Source: Planctomycetota bacterium
Lineage (GTDB): Bacteria > Planctomycetota > PLA2 > JAEUHO01
DNA: 64,000 nucleotides
Direction: 5' to 3'
Assembly: GCA_965223505.1 (NCBI GenBank)
Contig: CBDCWP010000040.1
Span: 174,336 to 238,335 of the forward strand
Below are positions 56,906 through 64,000 of the stretch, in pieces (the stretch's first letter is position 1; every line of letters begins with the position of its first letter). The notes beneath the pieces were generated by a model that worked only from the letters and a program-made list of their open reading frames with translations, searched no databases and was not told where the DNA came from. Position numbers and translations under genes: made by a program.

Positions 56906-57961
56906 ATGCACGGGGGGCGCGACAGGATCGGGATTCGTACGTGCGCGGCGTGGGTCGCGGCGGGGGCACTCTGCGCGACGGCCTTCGCCGACGACGAGAC
57001 CGGGACTCGAGACCCCGGAGCGCCGGTGAAGAAGGACGCGAAGTCGTTCCTCATCGCGGCGGTGAACGCGTTTCCCGAGAACGCGGTGATCGACGGCGAC
57101 ACGATCCGCGTGCCGTACGGGGAGCGAACGAAGAGCGTGCGCATTCGTTCGATCGACACCGAGGAGGTCTTCCGCGAAGACGAGGACCGCGCTGCCGCCG
57201 AGAAGGACTTCGATGCATACGCCCGCTCGAAGCGCGGGGATGAGCCGCGGCCCACGAAGTACGGCACGCCCGCCGGCGAGGCGGCCAAGGCCTTCGGCGT
57301 CGAGCTCCTGGCAAAGGCGGTTTCGGCGCGACTCGAACGCGACTGTCCGAACGAGAGAGATCTGGACACCTACGGTCGGCTGTTGGCGCACGTCATCCTC
57401 GTCACGAAGGACGGCGAGCTCAACTGGTCGGCCGAGATGATCCGCAACGGGCACTCGCCCTACTTCGTCAAGTACGGACGCTCGCGCCGATTCGATGCCC
57501 TGTTCCGCGAGGCCGAGCAAGAGGCCATGACCGCCAAGCGCGGCATCTGGAACGAAGCGGCGGCCGGCCACTATCCGGACTACGCCGAGCGTTTGAAGTG
57601 GTGGCGCAGCCGCGCGGACCAGGTCGACCGTTGGCGCAAGATCGCGGACGAGCCGCAGAACGTGACGCTCGCGGTGCCCGATACCGCGAAGAAGCTGCGG
57701 GCGCGCGTCGGCAAGGAAGCCGTCGTGATGGGGCTGTTCCACAGCAAGCTGCGTACGAAAGACGGATCACGGACGATCTTGTTCCTCATGGATCGAAACC
57801 GTCGTAACTTCCCGCTGGTGATCTTCTCGGACGACGTGCTGAAAGCGCTCGACATGGCGGCCATCGAGTCGCGCTTCGTCACGGTGCGCGGGAAGGTGAC
57901 CCTGTATCGCGACAATCCCCAGATGGTGATCGAACGTGCGGATCAAATTTCGACGCAGTAG
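56906..57961 (+). CDS. Thermonuclease (SNase) family protein with C-terminal OB-fold
   Basis: IDGDTI, VR..SIDT.E, D.YGRLLAHV, AEQEA..AKRGIW; V.VRGKV..Y...PQM. Confidence 0.88.
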   Translation: MHGGRDRIGIRTCAAWVAAGALCATAFADDETGTRDPGAPVKKDAKSFLIAAVNAFPENAVIDGDTIRVPYGERTKSVRIRSIDTEEVFREDEDRAAAEKDFDAYARSKRGDEPRPTKYGTPAGEAAKAFGVELLAKAVSARLERDCPNERDLDTYGRLLAHVILVTKDGELNWSAEMIRNGHSPYFVKYGRSRRFDALFREAEQEAMTAKRGIWNEAAAGHYPDYAERLKWWRSRADQVDRWRKIADEPQNVTLAVPDTAKKLRARVGKEAVVMGLFHSKLRTKDGSRTILFLMDRNRRNFPLVIFSDDVLKALDMAAIESRFVTVRGKVTLYRDNPQMVIERADQISTQ

Positions 57962-59012
57962 CACACTCGCATTGATCGTCGGCGCGCTCCTGTTGGGTGC
58001 GTGTTCCAACGACGACAGCGTGCCGACGTCTACGGAAGCGGACGACTGGACGTATCCGTACTCGCACATCGTCATCAAGGCCGAGCCCGAGCGATCGGAT
58101 GCGGACGCGCGCAAGCTCGCCTTCCGCATTCACGCGCGGCTGCTGGCCGGCAAGAGCTTCGCGGAGACGGCGAAGCGCTTCTCCGAGGGGCCGTCGAAGA
58201 TCGCAGGCGGGTTCGTCGGATTCCGCCCGGCGGCGGGAATGAACCGATTCTCCGGCGCGCTGCAAGCGCTTCCGCCCGGCACGCACAGTCAGCCGGTGCG
58301 CACGCAGGTCGGCTATCAGATCCTCCTCCGACACACGTTCGACGAGGGCGCGCGCCTCGAGCGCAAGCACATGGCTCCCGTGTACGGGGTCGTCGTTCCG
58401 TGGGAGGGTCTCGAGGGCGGCGCGGGCAACACGAAACAGGCGGCGTTCGAGGAGGCGAAGCGGATCCTGAAGGGCGTGCGGGGCAAGGTGCTCGACCTGG
58501 ACGAGGAGGCGGCCAGGTTCATCGCGCCCGGGAAGCCGCGGCGCGACAGCTTCCTGGGGATGTACTCCGTGCACGGCGAGGGGCATCCGCTGATGGATCC
58601 GCTGCGCAACCTCCCCGTCGAGACGTTCGCGGACGTGTTCGAGACGGAGATGGGCTGGGTGGTGGCGAAGAAGGGCCGGCACTTGCGTTGCGCGCTGCGC
58701 CAGATCCTGGTTCAGCACGTGGAGTCGGAGAATCGAGCGATTCGGGTTCGGCGATCGAAGGCGGAGGCCCTCCAAGCGGCGCAAACGGCGCTGTCGGAGC
58801 TCAAGGCGGATCGTACGAAGTGGGGCGCGTTGGTGCCGCGCTTCAGTGACGACGACACGTCGATCGACATCAACGGCTGGATCGGAACGTTCGGCAACGG
58901 CGGGACGCCCCCGAACGTGGAAGCGGTGTTGCTGGAGATGTCGCGGGGCGACATCTCGTCCGAGGTGGTGGAGTCGCCGGAGGGATTCCACATCTTCTGG
59001 AGGGTCAGGTGA
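57936..59012 (+). CDS. PpiC/parvulin-type peptidyl-prolyl isomerase lipoprotein
   Basis: Lipobox LLGA-C; SHIVIK, FAETAKRFSEGPS..GG, FSDD, VESPEGFHI. Confidence 0.85.
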   Translation: MRIKFRRSSTLALIVGALLLGACSNDDSVPTSTEADDWTYPYSHIVIKAEPERSDADARKLAFRIHARLLAGKSFAETAKRFSEGPSKIAGGFVGFRPAAGMNRFSGALQALPPGTHSQPVRTQVGYQILLRHTFDEGARLERKHMAPVYGVVVPWEGLEGGAGNTKQAAFEEAKRILKGVRGKVLDLDEEAARFIAPGKPRRDSFLGMYSVHGEGHPLMDPLRNLPVETFADVFETEMGWVVAKKGRHLRCALRQILVQHVESENRAIRVRRSKAEALQAAQTALSELKADRTKWGALVPRFSDDDTSIDINGWIGTFGNGGTPPNVEAVLLEMSRGDISSEVVESPEGFHIFWRVR

Positions 59013-59079
59013 CGATGGATTCGTCGGAACTGAGGCCGGGCGTCCGAAGACCGTAGGATCGAGCGTACGAACCAGGCGC

Positions 59080-59119
59080 GCCCCCGTAGCTCAGTTGGAT
59101 AGAGCACCGGATTTCTAAT
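59080..59119 (+). pseudogene. 5' half of a tRNA-Arg(TCT) interrupted at the anticodon loop (att junction)
   Basis: GCCCCCGTAGCTCAGTTGGATAGAGCACCGGATTTCTAAT followed by unrelated lower-GC DNA. Confidence 0.85.
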
Positions 59120-59346
59120 GCTCTGCTACCTAACGAACTTGATTGCAGTCTGGGATGAATCATCAACAAGCGCGCTCTTCGACTGCGCACGTAGATGTTG
59201 TCTGACGTAAGCACTGTGGTGCACGTCGCAAGCGTTGTGTTGTTCCTCCACCATGCGGAAAGTGAAGGCATCACCTGATTTCACCTGTAGGCATGAGGTC
59301 TCGATGAGCGTGAGCCTAACGCGCTCCACGGAACCGATCTCCTGCC

Positions 59347-60660
59347 ATGAACCGACTCCCCAGGCCCCGCCTCAAGACGCGCACGAGCGGAAGAGGAACG
59401 GCCTGGAACATCGTGTTTCCGCTCCTGGGGCCGGATGGACGACCGCTGCGATACCGCAACCGGAACGCCAAGGAATCGTCCCTTTGGCTTGAGGGGGTTA
59501 CGACGGAGCAGGAGGCGCTCCGTGACCTTGCAATGTTCAACGCGGGCTGGGACGCCCGAGATCCAGGCGCGGTGGAAGCGCGTCCCCCGCACGCGACGGG
59601 TGGCCACAGTTCCGTGGCCGCTTCGCCCAACCCGAACCCGATCCGGGGATCCATCAGCACCTACATCAAGGTCATGTGGGATCGCCACCACGGCACGGGC
59701 AAGCCGGGACGACAGCACATCGAAACGGAGGAGCGCTTCTTGCTCAGGGTCTACGAGAGGTGGGGCGAGGACGTGAGCCTCTACACGCCCTCGAACTACC
59801 GCGAGTTCCTCAAGGTGTGCGTCAGCGAGGACGTTCCCGAGCGTGATCGCTGGGGCCATACGAATGTGGAGAAACACCTCGGCGCAGTGCGGCGCTGGAT
59901 CGTCTTCGCCGGGGCTGAGGGCGGCACTCGCATCCCGGACTTCGCCCCGACGACCGTGAAGCCGAGCCACTTTGCTCTGCCAGCCAAGACCGAGCGGCTG
60001 ATCCTCGCTCCCGACGAGGTATTGGCGTTGAACTCCTCGGCGAGGCGACTGTTGAACGAGCGAGAAGCTCTCCTTCGGCGCAAGGCCACGCCGCACAGGG
60101 AGGCCCGCGTAGTTGGGGCACGTGGTCGCATGATGGCCATAGCCCACTCCAGCTTGGCGGGCCTGTCCTACTCCGACATGCGCGTTGTAGGCGAGACCGA
60201 GTACAGGGATGACGGCAAGCGCTTCTGGTTCGGCCACTACAGAAAGAAGACTGGCGTCGCCATCGACGTCCCGTTCATGGGGCGAATCAGCGATCTTCTC
60301 CGGGAGCATGTTGAGGAGGGCAGTGGCGCCCTGGTCTGCGACGGCCTCTCGACGCACAGCGCAAGCCTCAAGAGCCTTCAGACCGTCGTCCGGCACTCGG
60401 AGATCGGCCGCGACCGCGTTACGTGGTACACGCTTCGGCACACGTTCGGGAGCATGGTGCGGAAGGCATACTCAGAGGACTTCGCTGTCTACGGCCGCCT
60501 CATGGGCCACGCTCACGGATCTCCGATGTGCCTGCCGGAGAAGCTGCGGCTCTCGAAGGAGGGACAGCAGAAGATGATCGGGCTCCGCTACGACCACCCG
60601 GACGAGGCGCGATGCTTGGAGGTCGTAGACTCCGTGGAGGCCCTTCTGGACGCGGGCTAG
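59347..60660 (+). CDS. Tyrosine recombinase/integrase
   Basis: AGLSYSD, RKKTG, YTLRHTFGS, LMGH, RYDH; adjacent to a split tRNA. Confidence 0.85.
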   Translation: MNRLPRPRLKTRTSGRGTAWNIVFPLLGPDGRPLRYRNRNAKESSLWLEGVTTEQEALRDLAMFNAGWDARDPGAVEARPPHATGGHSSVAASPNPNPIRGSISTYIKVMWDRHHGTGKPGRQHIETEERFLLRVYERWGEDVSLYTPSNYREFLKVCVSEDVPERDRWGHTNVEKHLGAVRRWIVFAGAEGGTRIPDFAPTTVKPSHFALPAKTERLILAPDEVLALNSSARRLLNEREALLRRKATPHREARVVGARGRMMAIAHSSLAGLSYSDMRVVGETEYRDDGKRFWFGHYRKKTGVAIDVPFMGRISDLLREHVEEGSGALVCDGLSTHSASLKSLQTVVRHSEIGRDRVTWYTLRHTFGSMVRKAYSEDFAVYGRLMGHAHGSPMCLPEKLRLSKEGQQKMIGLRYDHPDEARCLEVVDSVEALLDAG

Positions 60661-60687
60661 GGCCAGGAGTAGCCTCCGAGAAATCGC

Positions 60688-60764
60688 GCCCCGGTAGCTC
60701 AGTTGGATAGAGCAAGTGACTTCTAATCACTAGGTCGGACGTTCGAGTCGTCCCCGGGGTGCCA
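60688..60764 (+). tRNA. tRNA-Arg(TCT), element-borne
   Basis: AGTGA-ctTCTaa-TCACT, A20, TTCGAGT, GCCA. Confidence 0.93.
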
Positions 60765-60900
60765 CCCCGCTCTCGCGCAGCAGGAGGGGCTGCTGACGGC
60801 GGCCGCCGACGTCGCTCCGACCCGATAACCTCAGCGTGGGGTCATTCCCTCATCGAGCGCCCCTCTGCGCAACGACAAGGGGATCCCGCCGAGGTTATCC

Positions 60901-62736
60901 ATGAGTGTGCTACCGGAACAGTTGAGCGAGGTCTTCGCCGAGGCCGAAAAGCTCGGCGCTGCCCTGGACATCAACGCACTGTGGATGCAGGTCCGCAGGC
61001 TCCAAGCCGAAGACGCGGACGACTGGCCCGAAGACGACCTTCGTGCGCTGAGAGCGGAGCAACTCGCCCTCTGCCTGCTTCCGCGCCGGGGTAACCCGGA
61101 AAGAGGCTGGGGCCGCTACTTCGGGCCGAGGTTCTGGATCGACGGAGTAGAGATCCCCGAGGCTGCCGAAGTTGACGAGTGGTGCCTTGACTACTGGGAG
61201 CAGCGCGCGGAGGAGGCCAAGGATCCGCAGTTGGTTGCCCGCTACGCGGATGCTGTCTGGGACGTTACCTCGGCGGGCAACGACCACGTTCCTCGCATCG
61301 ACGCCGTGCGGCTGGCCATTCCCGCGTACCTGAAGGCGGGAACGACCGCCCTCCCGCGAGGTGTGCGCCGAGACTGCCTCCTCCGCGCGCTCGACCTGTC
61401 GATTGCGACATCCTCACCAGCATCGGTCGAAGAAGCCGTCGATGCATGCATCGACCTTGCCAAGGAGTCGGACGACGAGCATCTCGGCATCCAGGTGGGC
61501 ATCTTCATCGCCGTCCGGAACTCCAGGCGGAAGATCGAAAGGGCGGAGGAGCGGATCCAGGAACTGGCCGGGATCCTGGAGGCGCGCCTGCGCGGCCTCC
61601 TTGCCGCGACCGTCCGCTCCAAGTCCCCACTGGACATGCACACGCTTACGGAGCAACTCGCGCGGCACTACATCGGCCGCGACCAACCGGAAGAGGCGAG
61701 GCGACTTATCGGCGAGTACGCGGAGGTGATCGAGCAGTACTCACGAGGAGGCTCGGCCTTGACCGCTAGAGGCTGGGTGGACGACGCGCTGAGGCTCTGC
61801 CAGGACATGGGCGTCAAGGTGTCGGCCGACCGACTCTTCCGACGCCTCGGCGAGCTTGGGCAGGAGAGCCAAGAGGAAATGGTCCGATTTGCCCAGCCGA
61901 TCACCATCACGGCTGAGGAGGAGGCGCAGTTTCGCGCCGAAGCGGTGGAAGGCGGGCTGGGGGCATCCATCAACCGCGTAGCGCAGTACTTCTTGCCGGA
62001 CCGCAACAAGGAGATGGAGAGCCTGAAGGAGTCCGCTCAGAACACCCGGCTGCTCCACCTAATAGAAACCCAGCTTGTGGACGGCAAGCACGTCCGGGGT
62101 CGGGTTGGTGGCGTCATCGACGACCCGGAGGGATCTCTGGCCCGACACCTCTGCGAGTCGATGAAGTTTCAGGCGCCCTTCCTTCACCTCGTGTTCGAGG
62201 AGATCATCAGGCGCTACCGCTTGACCGGCGAGGACTTGGCTTCCATCGTCTGTCAGCACGGTGCGGCCGACGACGACCACAGGGCGATCTTCATATCGGG
62301 CATGCGTGCCTACTGTCGGGGCGACTACATCGACGCGATTCATGTGCTCATTCCCCAAGTCGAGCACGTGGTCCGCAAGCTGCTGGATGAACTGGGAGGG
62401 GAGACCTCTTGCCGGAAGCAGGATGTGTTCGAGGAACGGAACTTCGGCGCCGTTCTCCAGGACGAGGTCCTCGTGGCCGGGATGGACCCCGACCTCCGCT
62501 GGTATCTCCGGGTGTTGTTCACGGAGAAGGCGGGATGGAACCTCCGCAACCTCGTCTGCCACGGGCTACCGGAGGCGGGCAGATTCACCTTCGTGATGGC
62601 GGATCGTGTTGTCCACGCGCTGCTCGCACTCGCACGCGAGGTGGCACTGATCTCCCTGCGCGCAGAGGAAGCTGAAGCCGGAGCGCCGGAGCCTCCCGAT
62701 GTGCAGGACGCCTCGGAAGAGAACGCAGGGGGGTGA
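60901..62736 (+). CDS. DUF4209-like protein with C-terminal HEPN-type RxxxxH motif
   Basis: ARYADAVW N-terminal domain; AIHVLIPQVE..VR; GWNLRNLVCHG. Confidence 0.75.
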   Translation: MSVLPEQLSEVFAEAEKLGAALDINALWMQVRRLQAEDADDWPEDDLRALRAEQLALCLLPRRGNPERGWGRYFGPRFWIDGVEIPEAAEVDEWCLDYWEQRAEEAKDPQLVARYADAVWDVTSAGNDHVPRIDAVRLAIPAYLKAGTTALPRGVRRDCLLRALDLSIATSSPASVEEAVDACIDLAKESDDEHLGIQVGIFIAVRNSRRKIERAEERIQELAGILEARLRGLLAATVRSKSPLDMHTLTEQLARHYIGRDQPEEARRLIGEYAEVIEQYSRGGSALTARGWVDDALRLCQDMGVKVSADRLFRRLGELGQESQEEMVRFAQPITITAEEEAQFRAEAVEGGLGASINRVAQYFLPDRNKEMESLKESAQNTRLLHLIETQLVDGKHVRGRVGGVIDDPEGSLARHLCESMKFQAPFLHLVFEEIIRRYRLTGEDLASIVCQHGAADDDHRAIFISGMRAYCRGDYIDAIHVLIPQVEHVVRKLLDELGGETSCRKQDVFEERNFGAVLQDEVLVAGMDPDLRWYLRVLFTEKAGWNLRNLVCHGLPEAGRFTFVMADRVVHALLALAREVALISLRAEEAEAGAPEPPDVQDASEENAGG

Positions 62737-62911
62737 TTCGACCGGGGGAAGCCCACGAGGTCTGGTCGCCTGCCGGACGCACCAGCCAGCCTCCGGATCC
62801 GTCCGCACCTTGGCCAGCCTAGCCATAGTCCTCGGGCTGCTACGCCCATGGGTCCATACCCCTTGGACGAGTGGCTACCGTGTGCGAAGGTCACTGCCCC
62901 AAGATAGGAGC

Positions 62912-63349
62912 GTGCGCATCAACTGGTGGCCTACTGCTGCGTGCTCCCAGTGCCGTGGGACGGGGATCCTCCGAGGGATCGGTGGTAGGTCGGCGGGTGA
63001 CTGCGCCACGTGCGGCGGTGACGGCGGAGGGCGGCACTGGATCGGCCATCACGAAGACGGCCTTATCGCGATCGTCCACGGCCGTGAGGACCACGTCTGG
63101 CGGGCGAAGCTGCTCTACCCCTTGGAGCATTCGCATGGCGCCGACGTACCTGCGGTGCGGCATGCCGTCCCCGCAGCGCGTACCCGGATCGCCATTTTGA
63201 GGACGGTCTGGGACGACGGCCCGTCGGCCCGCCGAGGTGTGGAACTGGCCTTCACGCTAATGCTCGGGGCGTCCCAAGAAGAGGCTGCCGCTTGCACCAT
63301 CCGACCGGCTGGTCAGGGGCACCTCCTGCTCGCGAGGTCTCGTAGGTGA
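62912..63349 (+). CDS. Hypothetical protein with DnaJ-type zinc finger
   Basis: CSQCRGTG and CATCGGDG; GTG start after AGGAG; overlaps the next start codon (GTGA). Confidence 0.5.
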   Translation: MRINWWPTAACSQCRGTGILRGIGGRSAGDCATCGGDGGGRHWIGHHEDGLIAIVHGREDHVWRAKLLYPLEHSHGADVPAVRHAVPAARTRIAILRTVWDDGPSARRGVELAFTLMLGASQEEAAACTIRPAGQGHLLLARSRR

Positions 63350-64000
63350 GGACGACACGAGGGTTCCTGGGCCGCAAGGCTGTCGGCTATCTGCGCGTGA
63401 GCACGCGCGAACAGGCACTCGGGCTACAGGCCCAGCGCGATGCCATGGGTGCATGGTGCCGAGACTGTGGCGTCGCGATGGTGGCCACCTTCGAGGACGA
63501 AGGCGTGTCCGGTGCGGTTGGCCTCGATGCCCGGCCGGGCCTAGCCCAAGCCATCGAGGCCGTCCGCGAGCATGGCGCAGACACGCTCCTGGTTCACCGT
63601 CGAGATCGGCTCGCGCGCTCGGTTCTGGTCGCGGCCGTTGCCGAGAGCCTCGTCGCGAGGGCTGGTGGGCGAATCGTTGCCGTGGAGGGACCTGCGACCA
63701 ACGACGGCCCTGAAGGTGAACTGCTCCGCACGATCCTCGACGCGATCTCGCAGTTCGAGCGGTCACTGCTCCGGTCGCGGATCAAGGCCGCGCTAGCGGT
63801 GAAGCGCGAGAAGGGACAGCGGACGGGGGGAATCCCCTACGGGTTCAGGCTGGGCCGAGATGGAGTTCGCTTGGAGCCCAACGAGGACGAGCAGCGGGTC
63901 GCAAGGGTCGTGCTCGAACTCCGGGGGGACGGCATGAGCTACGGTGCCATCGCCCAGCACCTTCATGAGGCCGGTGAGAGGCCGCGGTACTGGCTACCCG
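63346..64000 (+). CDS. Serine recombinase (resolvase family), 3'-truncated by window edge
   Basis: Hand translation: GYLRVST.EQ, DEGVSG, RPGL, DRLARS, QFER, PYGF; absent from the ORF track because no stop falls in the window. Confidence 0.9.
   Translation, partial: MRTTRGFLGRKAVGYLRVSTREQALGLQAQRDAMGAWCRDCGVAMVATFEDEGVSGAVGLDARPGLAQAIEAVREHGADTLLVHRRDRLARSVLVAAVAESLVARAGGRIVAVEGPATNDGPEGELLRTILDAISQFERSLLRSRIKAALAVKREKGQRTGGIPYGFRLGRDGVRLEPNEDEQRVARVVLELRGDGMSYGAIAQHLHEAGERPRYWLP

Larger units (their letters stand above)
59120..64000. mobile_element. Integrative element / genomic island (continues beyond the window)
   Basis: Begins at the split tRNA; carries integrase, tRNA, cargo gene and serine recombinase; relaxed codon bias. 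Confidence 0.75.

Noticed and set aside
59120..59346. Group I intron in tRNA-Arg
   Set aside because: No recognisable intron core and no matching 3' exon; the adjacent integrase explains the break.

Overview
High-GC bacterial chromosomal window, most likely Planctomycetota (inferred from the ECF/Ser-Thr kinase pairing, FGE-domain receptor kinases and HEAT/Ig-rich secreted proteins). It contains housekeeping genes (M1 aminopeptidase, serA, serC, DUF1015, idi, tadA, fur, purD, thermonuclease, parvulin) and GTAG-type REP clusters whose GTAG supplies the stop codon of five genes. At 16.8-18.0 kb there is a compact array of 14 structurally deviant tRNA genes, each for a different amino acid. At 18-38 kb there is a signalling island: an FHA-kinase, an FHA-trypsin protease, an ECF sigma factor, a STAS protein and three paralogous kinase-TM-Ig-(FGE)x2 receptors. 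The most striking feature is at 49.3-51.6 kb: six tandem tiny Cys/Asp/Pro-rich lipoprotein genes, five with their own promoter and terminator, resembling chlamydial OmcA and with no modifying enzymes nearby. Next come a REP-inserted, rearranged IS110 remnant and an intact IS4-family (IS231-like) element with an 11-bp target duplication. From 59.1 kb an integrative element has split a host tRNA-Arg(TCT) and carries its own complete tRNA-Arg(TCT), a tyrosine integrase, a DUF4209/HEPN-like protein and a serine recombinase. All calls are by-eye motif recognition; no database searches were run.
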